The notes under the pieces were generated by a model that saw only the letters and a program-made list of their open reading frames with translations, ran no database searches and was not told the origin of the DNA. Both the position numbers and the translations under genes were made by a program. From Octopus sinensis (lineage: Eukaryota), in the NCBI RefSeq assembly GCF_006345805.1, contig NC_043011.1, positions 31,694,464-31,758,463 of the forward strand: a stretch of 64,000 nt of DNA, written 5' to 3'. How positions within the stretch are numbered: the stretch's first letter is position 1; each line of letters opens with the position of its first letter. Below are positions 26,870 to 40,723 of this stretch, in pieces.

Positions 26870-27250
26870 TCTTAACCGTGCTGGTGGCATGTAAAAAGCA
26901 CCATTCGAGTGTGATTGCTACCAGTGTCGCCTTACTGGCACTTGTGCTGGTGGCACGTGAAAAAATATTTGAGCGAGATCATTGCCAGTGCTGCTGGACT
27001 GGCTCCAGTGCAGATGGCATGTAAAAAACACCATTTGAGCATGGCCGTTGCCAGTACCGCCTGACTCGCCTTCGTGCTGGTGGCACATAAAAGCACCCAC
27101 TACACTCTTGGAGTGGTTGACATTAGGAAGGGCATCCAGCTGTAGAAACTCTGCCAGATCAGATTGGAGCCTGGTGCAGCCATCTGGTTCGCCAGTCCTC
27201 AGTCAAATCATCCAACCCATGGAAAGCAGACGTTAAACGATGATGATGAT
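26870..27250 (+). mobile_element. SINE / non-LTR 3' end (family C) with internal ~65-bp repeats and a (GAT)n tail
   Basis: ctggtggcacgtaaaaagcacc repeats, ggaagggcatccagc, catggaaagcagacgttaaacgatgatgatg. Other copies near 46975-47230, 49670-49990, 50320-50490, 51965-52125 and 56228-56415 (minus). Confidence 0.8.
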
Positions 27251-27689
27251 TAGTAAAGAAAACTACTATACTTGTGAGACAGATTAATAGGTGATCAGTG
27301 GACTTCCAGAATAACTATCTCCACCATGGAGAAAAGTACCAGTAAAATTTTACCAGAATAGGACATGTAGTTGATGGGCAAAAATGTAAGGAGTGGGGGT
27401 TATTTTGGACAAAAAATTCTTTCATAAAAGGAAACAGTCACCCAAATCCTTGCCTATTTCATTCGCCATGAAGTAATGATGGCTATTTTGAAAGTTTGCC
27501 TGTCAACTATTAAACCCATCTCATGAGTGTTAATAGTTCATTTACTAATCCTTAAGAAAATTATAAATTGGCTCTCAATAATAGGAAAATATCTATTTCT
27601 ATTAGTTTTCTCCTAATTGATCATATTGACTCCAGTGATTATTTTAGTGTGTACATACGTATGTGTGTGTGGTATATATGAGATAGTTT

Positions 27690-27810
27690 TCATCTGCCAG
27701 ATTCTCTCACAAAACATTGGTTGGTCAAAGCCTTTAGTAGAAAATACTTGCTGAAGGTACTGCACTGTGGGACTGAACCTGAAAACATGGTTGGGAAGGA
27801 AACTTTGAAA
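27690..27810 (-). mobile_element. tRNA-headed SINE (family B), reverse orientation
   Basis: Reverse complement of gtggttaagaagcttgcttcccaacc...ggttcagtcccac...cttgggcaagtgtcttctactatag. Other copies near 21815 (+), 20705 (+), and 23030, 35420, 42145, 44270 (all minus). Confidence 0.7.
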
Positions 27811-29960
27811 TCACATAGTCATGTGTGTATATAAGCTTGAAATACCACACTTGTTATTCTGTTTCACATCACCTGTTTGTCGTGCAACATTGATATTTCA
27901 GATTCTTCTTATATAAGACTCCACTATATGTATTAAGTACTTTTTCTCACATTTGTATATATAAATGTATTTATAAGGGTATAATATATATAATGTGGCA
28001 AAGTCATGTTCGTCATTTAAGAACACTTAAGGCTTTTATATTCACTTCTAAGTCTCTTGCTCTTGTGTGTGTGTGTGTGAGATTTTCAGTATTAAGCTGA
28101 TTCTTTTGAAACCCTTAAACTAAAGTTTATGTATTTGTGTTACTGTGATATCTACACATGCACATGTTTACATTTTACTGGTTTCAAATATATTCACACC
28201 TTCATCAATCATTGTTTCAAAAATGGGTATAAATAGCTGAATTATTCCAAATTATTCTCAAACATAGTAGAATGTGTTTCTCACTTTTCTTTTTCTTCCA
28301 TGTGCAAGTTGTCTTTATATCTACATGTTTGGTTTTCTTTAAAATGTCAAGAACATTTTAGCTGTTCTTTTTTTACTAGGTCAAAATGATATAAATGCCC
28401 TCTCTTTCTCATGTATGTGTTTATATATAATGATTTTTATTTCTGTGAAGCCGCTAGTATTAAATCACAAATATGTTTACAATTTTTAAACACTGTTGTA
28501 CAGGTAAACCTCATAAGATATGTGATTCACTTTATGTATCTGTTCATCAGCCTATTTAAAAATTGTAAACACATGCACACACTTCTCTACAATAACATTT
28601 ATATATATTATATTACAATAACATTGTGATTTGTTTTTGTTTTGTTACTTTACTTTTTTTTTTTTTTTTTACTTTTTTTTTCTTTTTTTTTTTTTTCAGA
28701 ATTAAAAATTTTGTGTGATTTTGTTGATTGCTTTGGTTTATTAATCTATAACAAAAATATTTAAAGTTTATTGTTGATCTTCTTTTAGTAAATCTAATTA
28801 ATCTTTACTTCCTAGTCATATATCAGATATCAATCTTGAGGAGATGACTTCCCTCAGCAACTTTTACAGGGGTCAAGCTACTGTCAGGAGCCTGAAGGAA
28901 ATCAGTTCTTCTGAAGGAAAATCTTAGCTTCCTACTCCCATGTGGTATCACTCAATCTCCATGATAGGGAAGGAATTAGTTTGTTCAACACAAGTAGCTA
29001 GCTAAGCAACAGCTTGGGTTTCTTTTCAAATAGAATGCTGCTGTTAATTCATTCTTTCCTTAACCTCCCTTACCCTATGTTTTTCTAACCTATATTAGGT
29101 GGTAGTGGCAAGCCTTTCTTTAAAACTGGCTTCAGAAACAGAAACAGAAAAAAAAGACCATTTCTTGAATATGTTTGTGTTATATATCTGTGTTTGTATG
29201 TTGGTGTGTATGTGTACACATGCATGCTTAGATATATACATATATATATATATATCTTTACACATATACATACCTGGAGTGTTGAAAAAATTTAATGTTT
29301 AGTGCATTACTTTTTAGAACTGTAATTCTACTACTAATGTGTACAAGAGTAATTAAATACATTTTATTATATAAACATATTAAATTACTTTTCCTTATGG
29401 TCTTAAATATCAAGTTTTTTTTTTTGTTGTTTTTAATTTTATGATCATTTATTTCCTGTTGGTTCGCCATAGTTTCTTCTGAAATTTATTTGATTTTCAT
29501 GACCCCAGCAAACTTGGAACTCTGTTTCCTATACTCCCCAAAACTGTAGTATATTCATTTATGTCTAAAATTTATTCTAAATGCCTCTGACTTCTTTGTT
29601 TTCTAAATTTACATTAGATCTGGTAACATGTTCCCTAATGTGATTATGTAGATTTGTTTTAATTAGCAACTAATAAGATTGTTTAGAATCTCAAGTAAAA
29701 GTTTTAATAAAGCAGAATTCATCCTGAATATTTTCCTCTCTGAACATTTACTTTGACAACAATTTCCCCTATACACCAGAATGGACTTAAAGAAAAACCA
29801 GTTTTGCCAGCAGAAACGACTTGTCCACTTTTAAACATTTTCATTTTTATTTATTGTTTATTTCTTGCTTTGTTTTTTTTATTGTTTTTTTTTAATTGCA
29901 TTTTAACCAAAAATAATTTTAGTGACATCTTCAATAAAGTAAAATTTGTTTATTTTTTAG

Positions 29961-30185
29961 GGTTACCATACTGTTTCCCCAAATCATGAAGCTATGCTAT
30001 CATCAGGTCTTCCTCCTATGTCAACATTTCGCAGTAGTGGCAACACGCTACCTACTGTGCCTCCTGTGTCATCATCCACATTTTCCAACACTTCACCTAC
30101 AGTGAATGGCTCTGATATTATGCAGGCCTCTCGTAATCAAGGAACTACACAAACAGGAGACACATTAGGAAAAGCATTAGCCTCT
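29961..30185 (+). CDS. TCF12/TCF4 (da): E-protein exon GYHTVSPN...LPPMSTF...[11 protein letters not shown], 225 nt, phase 0 to 0
   Basis: tattttttag|GGTTAC...GCCTCT|gtaagt; LPPMSTF and TGD(T/A)LGKALAS motifs as in TCF4/TCF12. Confidence 0.96.
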
Positions 30186-32483
30186 GTAAGTGTTCCTTCA
30201 TTAAGTCAAGTCATTTATATAATTAACTCCAAAATAAACTAATTAACTTAGATACACTAAAAACAATAAAAGTACTTATGGGAAGCTGTAGATGAGGTTA
30301 ATTCCCTAAGTTCTATTAAAGTTATTCTTTCATTAAATTACATGATTCACGTCATGTACATTGTAAGGTAGTGATACTTGAAACCATAAAGTTAATTAAA
30401 TTGGCTGTTCTGCTCTTTAATGTAAAATGTATTTGGAATATTTATTTACAAATTATACAGTGATTTACATGTAACAAATAAACATCCTGATCTGAAATAT
30501 CTTTGCCATTACAAAAATTTGTGCTACTGTTGGCTGCAAATATTTTTTCAAATTGCTGTAATAAATTTTATATATTAATAAAATAAACTGCTATATTTAG
30601 ACCCAGTAGACTATTTTATTGGCATAGGTTGATCAGATTTGCAATTTTACAATATTTTGAAAATAATTTAAATGACTTTTGTTTAGATGATCTACTATAA
30701 AATGAGACTGAGATCAATTTTTTTATTTTCGTTTATTGGTGCCAGTGAAATATGCTCCAAAAGCATTTGCACAGTGTTTCAACTCATTATCTAATAAACC
30801 TAACAATTAGTATTCTAAAGTGTTAGCTAGAATATATGACTCTATGTAATGGGATTATTCATGTTATTTCAGTTGTTTTAAATTTAGTTTTGATGACTTA
30901 GTTTATTTTTATATATATATTTTCGTTGTCTCAATGTTATCAAAACTTAGAGCATCTGACTTACAATCTTTAAACCTCAGGAGTAACAAGTTGACCACAG
31001 CTTTCTAGTATTTAGTTTTTTGGGTTTTTTTTTTTTTTGTTTTGACTTCAAATCTAATTGTGAAGAAAATTTTAGATATTATTTTATACAACTACTTTAT
31101 ATTAAGAAAAAAAAAAAAAAAGAGGCTGTGCCTTGAATTTCACAAGGGTGTTACATACTGGATTAGTCATGTAATAGTTGTTGAGAAAGAGGCACCAAGT
31201 GGAGAAAGAGAGACTTAATTTACAGCGTTGTTATTAGAATGATAATTGATACAGAAGTGGGCCTCTGACTAATTGGCTTAAGTCTTATATGATATTTACA
31301 TTATCTAAGATAACAAACTGTGAATAATCTAAAACAACAAGTTTAGTGTCCAATGTTTCAGCACACAACTTCTAGCTCTAGTAGCAGAATATAATTTAAT
31401 TTATTAATTGTCAACAAGAGGTTTCTCCCTCCATGTGAATGAAAGACTGTATGAAATATGAAAAATGTGGAAGAATTGTGGTATTGAGTAGATAGTGAGG
31501 CATGGGCATTGACTGTAGATGATCTGTGGAGACGGGAGAGTAACGAGGCAAGCATGTTTTGTTGAATGTATGTTGTTAGCTCAGAGATAAGTTGCAAGCA
31601 CAGCTAGGCATTAATGTATTATTAGCCAGTGAGTACATGAGAGACAACTACACTCTTATAAGTTATGTGGTATAGTGGACCAGTAGTGGCTGGGTGAAAA
31701 AGTGCTATCTGCTGTCAGAGGAGACTACCCGTGATGGGAGAAAAATGAAGAAAAACATGGAAAGAAGAGGTGGTGTTTGATCTCAGAAATTCAGGAAAGT
31801 AGGCTTTCAGGGGAGATGACAAAAGATTGAAACAAGGTCCAACTCATGCAAGGCATGGAAAAACAGATGTTAAAACATTTGTGATGGTTTTGAAGATCTC
31901 CGCTGAGTTCAAAAAACTGTCCCCTACCTCCTCTTTCTTCCTCTAATTTTTGTTTGTCTGTAATCCCTTTTATCAAATTATTATTTGACATCTTAAGCAT
32001 CTTTATCAGAATACTATAATTAAATAGCATGTAAATATTATGATGTTATGGTTGCTGATCAGTTTGATTAATAAATATTTTAATTTATGTATTGAAGAAG
32101 TATTATATTAACCTTAAACCGTACACTTTTGAAATGTCTCATACTGATCATTAGAACTGGCATCAGGACCCCAAAAATTGTCAGCAGGCAATCTAACTTG
32201 TAGTGTGCTTAATAGAAGAAAGAAGGAAAAAAAACTTAATATTTTCATATTTTACTATGAACTAAGATATATATTTATTTAACCACTCTACCATATGGAG
32301 ATGTAATGGTGATGGGTGGTGAGATCTCATTAAATGTGCAGTAAATGGGGGAGTATATTTTTAGGGACAAGCAAGTATATGGCGCATAACTATGCCATTA
32401 TCTTAAGTTGCTGCAGTGTGTGCCATATGTTACATACAGATTAGATGCAATAATATGTATGCCTTGCAAAATCTACCATTCAG

Positions 32484-32518
<35 letters not shown>

Positions 32519-32949
32519 CATGCATGTATTTGGTGGTGTTGTGTGGGTTCACATGTATATGCATGTATACATAGATTGATAAGGCAGATAGAGAAACGGT
32601 ATTAGCTATCCAAGGTACGAGTGTTGGTCTACATATTGACTTATAATCTGAATTCATTCTGTACTAAAGAGCAAAGTCGGACTACATGGAATGGAATAAC
32701 GTGTTCGTGTCTGTCTTCAACAGGGATTCACAAAGCTGTGTTGATAATTTTGAAACCAGTATAATGTAAATATATGTGCATTTGCAGACATTACAGCAAC
32801 ACACTGATAGGGTTCTCTAAAGGGGTTTAAGCTAGAATTCTGGTTTAGTCTGCAAATCATTTCTACCATTTTATATTGTCCTCTGAAGAATTTAAATTCT
32901 CTTTTCTTTATTGTTTTTGTTGTTATTTTTATCATCATCATCATCATTA

Positions 32950-34730
32950 TCATAGTGGATTGGCAGGAATGATTAGAGCATGGAGAAAATACCTTGCAAT
33001 ATTTGTTCCGGTACTTTCACTGAGTTTGAATCCTTCCTAGGTCAGCTTTTGCTTTTCATTCCTTTGGGATCAGTAAAATGAAGTACCAGTCAAGTACTGA
33101 GTGGTAGCAACTAACATCCTCCTTTCAAAATTGTTGGCCTTGTACAGAAATGCCGGCAGAATCGTTGGTACACTGGACGAAATGTTTAGCGGTATATTGC
33201 TCTTCGCTACATTCTGAGTTCAAATTCCACTGAAGTCGACTTTGCCTTTCATTCTTTCAAGGTTGATAAATTAGGGACTAGTAAAACACGGGGGTCAATG
33301 TAATCGATTAGTCCTCTCCCTCCAAATTTCAGGCCTTGTGCCTTTTGTAAAAAGGATTATTATTATCATTATTATTGGGTTGGTGGCTTGGCAGAATCGT
33401 TAGAGCTTCAGAAAAAAAAATGCCTTGCAGTATTTATTCTGGCTCTTTATGTCCCAAGGTTAACTTTACCTTTTATCTTTCCAAGGTCGATGAAGTACCA
33501 GTCAAATACTGGAGCGAGCTGAGAGTTGATGTAATTGATTTACCCTCTCTCCTCAAATTTACTGGCATTGTGCCCAAATCAGAATCACTTATTACTATTA
33601 TATTACTATATTTTAAAAGGATTGACGTAACTCTTCAGAAAATTTAACAGACAAGGCGAATAGTGCAATGCAATTGCAATCATCATCATCATTTAACGTC
33701 CGCTTTCCATGCTTGCTTGGGTTGGACGGTAGATATTTTATTGGTTCAAAATACAAATGGAAATTAAATTCAAAGTTAAGAAACACTGAAACATTCAAAA
33801 TTAAATCAGAATTTAATTTTGAATGTTTCAGCACTTCCTTGCTTTGAATTTAATTTTAATTTGTATTTTGAACTTGTAAAAGACACACGGAGTGCCGAAA
33901 TATTGCTCAACCAATAAAATATCTATTGCAATCGCATCACACTCTTCGTCTTGTCTATCATTATGATGATGATGATGATTATTATTATGGTAGGGGATTG
34001 ACAGAATCATTAGTGTTTGTTCTGACTCTTTACATTCTGAGTTCAAACCTGCTGAGGTCAACTTTGCCTTTCACCCTATCAGAGTCAGTAAAGTACTAGT
34101 CCAGTGGTTCCCAACCGTTTCACTACCAAGGACCCCTTTTATTTAAATGAGTTTTTCCATGAACCCCTTTTAATATGCTTATCCTTTGATATATTTATGA
34201 AGTTTTAAATTTAGTTCACAAACCCCCAGTACTACCTTTGTGGACCACAGGTTGAGAACCACTGTACAAGTCTATTACAGTGATCAATGGTATCAACTAA
34301 TAACCCCTCTCCCTTCATTGTTATTGGTAGAATTTTTAAAGTGTCTGGTGGTATATATTCCAGATCTTTACGTTCAGAATTCATATCCAGCCATTGTTAG
34401 CTTTGCTTTTCATCCCTCCTGGGTTGATGAAAAGTACTGAGATTGATTTGATTGACTAACTGCCTCCCCTAGATTTCTGGTCTTTTGCCTATTGAAGCTA
34501 TTGTTACTTCCTCTATTACTAATATAAATGGCAAAATCAGGCACTGAATGGATTGCCTTCTTTATGGTATTTAGTTACTTCCCCTTTGCATTTTGAGTTC
34601 AAATCAATCTGGGAGTGTCTTTGGCTTTTCATCCTTTTGACATCATGGAAACATGTACTAGTCGTGAACCAATGCTGATTTAATCAACCATTCCCTTTCC
34701 GCCATTTTTGTGGTCTTATGCCTCTATCAT
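32950..34730 (+). mobile_element. Second cluster of about six family A SINE copies, one interrupted by a hAT MITE
   Basis: Repeated ggcagaatc.ttag / gttcaaattcc / ctttgcctttcatcc motifs separated by (ATT)n or (CAT)n tails. Confidence 0.8.
34102..34264. mobile_element. hAT (Charlie-like) MITE, 163 bp
   Basis: TIRs CAGTGGTTCCCAACC / GGTTGAGAACCACTG; 8-bp flanks tactagtc / tacaagtc (7/8 match, hAT-length TSD). Confidence 0.88.
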
Positions 34731-34813
34731 TATCATTGTCATCATCATCATTGTCTTGTTCATCATCATCATCATCATCATCATTTATTATTATTTGCTT
34801 TTCTGTTTTCTAG

Positions 34814-34892
34814 ATCTACTCCACAGAACATACTAACAGCAGTTATGGCTCGAACCCTTCCACTCCAGTATCATCACCTCCTCCTATGTCAG
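34814..34892 (+). CDS. TCF12/TCF4 (da): E-protein exon [26 protein letters not shown](G), 79 nt, phase 0 to 1
   Basis: ttctgttttctag|ATCTAC...TCAG|gtaaaa; matches TCF4 [23 protein letters not shown]. Absent from the ORF track in this frame. Confidence 0.95.
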
Positions 34893-35879
34893 GTAAAAAT
34901 TCAAGTTATCAGGAGAAAGCATTTATGGGAAATATTGAGTACATTAGATCTAAAGGTTCTATAATATATATATGTCCTACAAATGGTATATATATGTGTG
35001 TGTGTGTGTGCGTGTGTTCACCATTTTTAGGACATTAATATGTAGTGTACACATATACATATTAATTGAATAAGTATATTAATAATTATTATATCATTTG
35101 TTAATGACTTTGGAGAAGTTATATGTAATGGGAAAGAATAAGTAAGCAAAGATATCTTTTTAAAACTTGCCGTATGAATATTCTTTCATCCAACATAGAT
35201 GAAACTGGAAGTACTGTTTATCCTATAAAAATGAATTGATACAGTTATATATCATCGTCATCTTTTAATATCTATATTTCCATGTTTGCATGGGTTAGAT
35301 GGAATTCAATGAAGTAGATTATCTAAAGTCAGATGCCTTTCCTGTTGCCAACTCTCAACTGTTGTCAAGACAAGGGCATACACATGATGGGCTTTTTTTT
35401 TTTTTTTTTTTTTTTTTGATTTTCCATCTATCAAATCCTCTCAAATAGCTTTGGTCAGGCTGGGGCTATAGTAGAAGCCAACTGCTCAATGTACTGAGCA
35501 GTGGGACAGAACCTGACATCGCCTGGTGGAAAGCAAGCTTCTTGACCATACATCCATGCCTACACCTATACAGTACAGTTTAAAATATCTTACTAGATAA
35601 AGCATTTTGAAACGACAGGACTTTAAATGCTCTTTGCACTTCACTCTGTCATTGAAGGTTGTCACCATCTTGTTTTCATCATCATCTGGCAAACTTTTGT
35701 AAAGACAAAATCCCTAACAGGTTTGCCTTTAAAATGTTGTGTTGGTATCATGAGATTACTTTCTCCGGTGGAGAGAGAAAATTATATAGAAATCGCCTTC
35801 CAACTGTTTTGATGATGACTAGCAGAAGTAATTTCTATAGTACTTGTAGGAGACGCTTCAAGTATTTTAATAACACTCC

Positions 35880-36010
35880 TTGTTTATCCAGAATGGGACC
35901 AATGAAAATGAGGATGCACGTAATGGGGTTAATACTATCATCGTTCAACATCCAGACTTTTGGATGTGGATATCTGTGGTAATGCAGAAACTTTCAACAA
36001 CAGAGTGATT
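35880..36010 (+). mobile_element. Possible MULE transposase remnant
   Basis: Frame reads GTNENEDARNGVNTIIVQHPDFWMWISVVMQK, loosely like the MULE RTNN..EGWHN..N....HPNIW.FI segment. Flanks are stop-ridden; similarity judged by eye only. Confidence 0.25.
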
Positions 36011-36668
36011 TCAAAGACATCAAAAATATGATGTCTTTTAACCTCAAAATGTTTTGTCTTGAGTATTTTATGCTGAAATTTCAGCCATATAAATAATTTC
36101 TTGTCTATAGTGAGTGGAATAAAATTGTTTGATAAATATCTGTACATTACAGCCTTATTAATTCTATCATCTTTCATAAACAGTACTTCTAGATGATATT
36201 CCAAATATTTTAATTACATACAAACATCATTTAGCCAAATGAGAAGCCCTGAAGAAGAGAAGGTGGATTACTATTATCATTCAGTATCTTGACAGATTAA
36301 TGGCAATTTCAATGAGATTGTCTCTCACCTTTGGGGAAAAAAAAGTCATATGTTATCAACATCATTTTATCAAAGAAAACCTATTTACGGATTTTTGTTT
36401 TCAAGAAAGGTAGCTGAATGAAGAAGGCTTTGTTAGATACTTATGTGACAGCCTTAAACAAAAGAGCGAAATTCAAAGAATATTAGGAGTCTTGAAATTT
36501 AACAATGCTTATATCTAGGGTTTGGAATGCCAAAATATCAGCTTTATTGACTATTATAGAAAAGTAGGAAACATCGTTTGATACAAAAGCGTACTGATTT
36601 TATTTGTTGATTTGTGCATGAAATTGTTTAATAAAGCTTGTTATTGAATTATTTTGTTAATATTTCAG

Positions 36669-36748
36669 GCCCAACTAGTCACTGGCAGCGACCAAGCACT
36701 CAGAGCAGCACTACCTCGCCACATTTTGACAACCATCTTCATTCATTA
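36669..36748 (+). CDS. TCF12/TCF4 (da): E-protein exon (G)PTSHWQRPSTQSSTTSPHFDNHLHSL, 80 nt, phase 1 to 0
   Basis: atatttcag|GCCCA...TCATTA|gtaagt; W...SP....LHSL pattern of TCF4. Confidence 0.93.
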
Positions 36749-39700
36749 GTAAGTGTTTGCATCATTTTCTTCAAGTGTTCTATTGAAATCTTCCAAATAC
36801 TGCAGCTGATCGAACTTGTTTGTGAAAGTTTGTATATAATTCAGTGTATACTTGTTATCAGATTGCTTTCGTTTCAGTGGTGAAATCAATTTCTAACTCT
36901 CAGTTTTATCACTATTAGATGTCAATATGATGGTTAGTTTCTACAAATGATTGCTTCAAACTCTGTGATTGGCATTGGGTTGTAGATTCTGAGGCAGTCC
37001 ACTTTACATTTACTTAAGTCTATTTAGCTGAAGCTATGGATTTTATGGCAGACATCAACTTGTAAAAATACTTATTCAGTGTGCGGAGTAGGGACATATG
37101 CAAGTGTTTAATTTTGTACACCAGTTCATCCCATGCAGCATGCCAACACACATACACTCATACATCCTCACACACTTATATACACCAATAACTGTAGTCA
37201 TGTGGGTCAATATATGAGATATACATACTTCATGGGGAATGAATATGAGGTATACAGGCTTCGTGGGGAATCAAGCATGTTAAACTCTTAAGATAAACTT
37301 TTGCTGTAGGTTCTTCCACAATTCTGAAGGATAAAAAAAAAACAATATAAAGACTGCAATGCATTTTTATCGTTGTTTTACTCATTTTAAAATTAAACTT
37401 CGTTCAATACTGTGGTAAACTGTTGTTTTTATCTTTCATTAAAGCTACGCTATAGCAGGGGAGAAAACAAGAACAGTCAGAAGGTAGGCTTTCTATTATG
37501 TTATTCCGTGTTAAATTTTGCTGTGAATGTGTGTTGAAAACATCTCCAACTGTAGTTGTCTTGCTTCTACAGCAGCACCAGGTTAAGCAGTAGCATGGTA
37601 GCAGAAGATAGACTGCATGATTTGATTGGTCATTCATTTCTCTGAAAAAAAAAAAAGAGTTACAGTTGATAGAATTATAATATATTGAATGGTTAAATCA
37701 AGGAATGATTTGGTAATCTGGTGCACCAGTGCTTAATATATTGCCTTGTATTTACAAAGAAAGTCAGCATGATCATAAAAAAAACTGTGGAGATGTTAGC
37801 ATGCTATAAACATAAATTTTGTTTTGTATTTTATACTCAACATATATCCAGTTAGTGTATTCATTTTTTTTTTCTTTTACATTAAAATGCACTATAAATT
37901 CAAAATAGAATCATAAAGTTAGAATGGCTAAAATATCCCTAGGTGGGAAAGTTTATGATAATATGTATTATTAGAGGGAAAACATAGTGGACAAAGTGTA
38001 GATGGCTTGATATTAGTTTCAGAAAGTAAATGATTTTAAAATCTGTCTTCAACTTTGCTGTTAGTGCAAACCACTGTTAGAGTTACATGAAGTTTCAGGA
38101 ACAATCCTTAAATTGAAACTTTAACCCAGCTTAGAATAGATCAACTTTGCACTGGGTAAATAGTTGGGTGAAATCTGAATTGGAGTGCACTGGCCTAGCA
38201 CACAAACTAAAATGGTCACATGCTGTCAAACCAAGATTGAAAGTGTAGCAATTATGATAATTGAGTAAAAATACTGATGATTTTGATATTTAGCATTATT
38301 AAAACACTAATTTGAGATAGTGTATATTTTCTTATTTGTTCATGGCCAAATGCACGAGATAAGACTAAAACATTAGGCATTTGCAAGTTTTGAAAGGTTA
38401 AGTATTTTGAGGCTAAGTAATTTTTCATGAAATAAGTTTGATAGCTTTTCAAGAAAGATCTCTTGTTCAGCCATCTAGATGCTGTTATGGTCTTCATGTC
38501 ATTGGTCATATTTTTTGTAAAATTGTGTAAGTACACAGCAAGACAAGTGGGTCAGGTCTACAACTGGTTCCTTAACTCTGTGTATTTGCAGTTGATGCTA
38601 TATTTGTTTCATATAATTTTTTCGTCATCATCATCATTATTATAACATAGAAAGTTGGTGAGTATTATAGAAGTAAGCTCTCAAAAAAACTAAATTTTGT
38701 GATCAGCTATCAGTTTCGTGTTTGACTACAATGAAATTGTTAATGCTTTGACAAAAGGCATGAAGGTCACAGAAATTCTGGCTTGTGTCAGTGTTAGAAA
38801 TCTTTATAAATTGAACTGGAGAATTAGATTTTTGAAAATAATGCCAGAACTAGAGTAGTGGACTGGAAGCTTTTTGGTATCTACTTCCATGACTCACTGT
38901 TCTGAATTGAAATCTCTGAAGAGCTACTTTTACTTTGCATTCTTCCAGAACTGATAGAATGTTTATCATTAATATTCTGGAGTCAGCTCTGTTGACTACA
39001 AGATAATTATCATCATTATTCTTATTATTATTGTTGTTCTTGTTATGACAGATGAGGTGATTTTATGGTAAGTTTTTAGCAATGCTATTGTCATTGTGTT
39101 ACCCTCTCCATTTGCCTTGCAGAAATCTAGCTTACAACTTTCATTGTGTAGTTGACCAGAGCAAGCACACCCGAATCACTTCCTTTGAGAATTTGTGCAA
39201 ATTTCAGAATTAGTGATCTTATCTAGCTCATGATTAAGTACTATCTATAATATTGCCATTCTTCCACACTTAGCAACCTTAGTATATATCATGCTTTGTA
39301 GCTAGCTAGACAACTTTCAAATGACATTAGCTGTGTTCTATGCATATATATGGACATATATTTTATGTGACTTCCTACACTTGGTGAAGTAATTGCTGAT
39401 AAAAAGGATATCTAGCCATAAAGACTACACAAAAACAAAACGTCAAAAGTGGACTCGACAAGCAACATCACAGGCAAACCTCCAAGGAGGGCAGCACATT
39501 CAAATAAGCTCTGATGATACAGAGTACAGAGAACTCTTTAGTCCTCACATTCACATAGGTACCCTCTGTCATGTTGATGGCATGATAGAAAGCACCCAAT
39601 ACTTTCTGTAAAGCGGTTTATGATAAGATTGGCATCCAGCCATAGAAAATTTGATTAATATGCAAACCCTGTCAATCTATGATGCAACTTATGAATTCCA

Positions 39701-40669
39701 AGAGCTGTTTTAGATCAGAAAAATCCTTTAATCTTTTTCTGGGGACAACCTCTTTTGTGATTGTGGCCTAATAAAATGCATGAAGTCCACACTGTAAGCA
39801 CATGCACCAACATAACCCTGTGTTTTTTTTTTAGTTTGTTTTTTCTTGTTTCCCTTGTTACAAATTGCAACAAGAAACCTACCCAACCCATACCAGCATG
39901 GAAAACCAGATGTAAAATGATAATGATGATGATATACATACAAGTGTGTGGGTGTATAATACAGCCACCCATATAAATATGAAACTTGAGTAGGTAAAAT
40001 TGATTTTGGGGGCTAAAGTATCTACGATCCGATCTATTTACACAAGTGTTTTATATATATATATATATATTTTAGTAATATTCTTCCTTTTTAATTGTAC
40101 TCATTTAAAAAAAAAAATCTTCATGTTTCAGGCTGAATATATATAAAATATTTAGATATTAAATGTCAGATACATCAATATAAATATCTCTTATCCATCT
40201 TTCTACAGTCAAACACCCTCTCTCTTTCTCTCTCCTCTCTCTCACTCTTCCTCCTCTGTTTTTTCTTCTTTCTTCTATCACTCGCATTATTGTGTTATTT
40301 CATTATTTTCTTTTATATCACCTTGTTTTTGTTTTTTATTTATTTATTTTTTTATCATCATTGCTTTTTGTAAGATAACACTTCTGACTTTGTTGTGTCT
40401 TGCAGCAATACCTGTTATTGTCATCAGTAGTAACAAAAAGTTTTCTGAGTTGCTTCAAACTACCACAAACCTCAGCTACTGAGTTCTCCCTGCCTTTTCA
40501 GCTTGTCCTCTCTCTCTCTCTCTTTCTCTCTTTTTTAATGACTCACTGTTTATATATCAGACTAGACTTCAGAGCATTTGCATCCATGATCAGCTTATGT
40601 ATTTAAAGTGTGTGCTGTTTTGTCTGGCTGCCAAGAATATCATTAAACCTTTTGCTTCATTTCTAACAG

Positions 40670-40723
40670 CAAGCAGCGGCAGCAGCAGCAGCAGCAATGC
40701 TTAAATATATATTCTACAAAGCT
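40670..40723 (+). CDS. Speculative cassette exon QAAAAAAAAMLKYIFYKA (54 nt, phase 0-0), or terminal exon reading to TGA at 40739-40741
   Basis: Good acceptor ccttttgcttcatttctaacag and a frame-compatible start. The donor GCT|gtattc is weak and there is no homology support. Confidence 0.25.

Noticed and set aside
26880-27100. Regularly spaced ~22-bp repeats (ctggtggcacgtaaaaagcacc) superficially like a CRISPR array
   Set aside because: Eukaryotic context; the spacers are homologous to each other and the same motif recurs in other family C SINE copies
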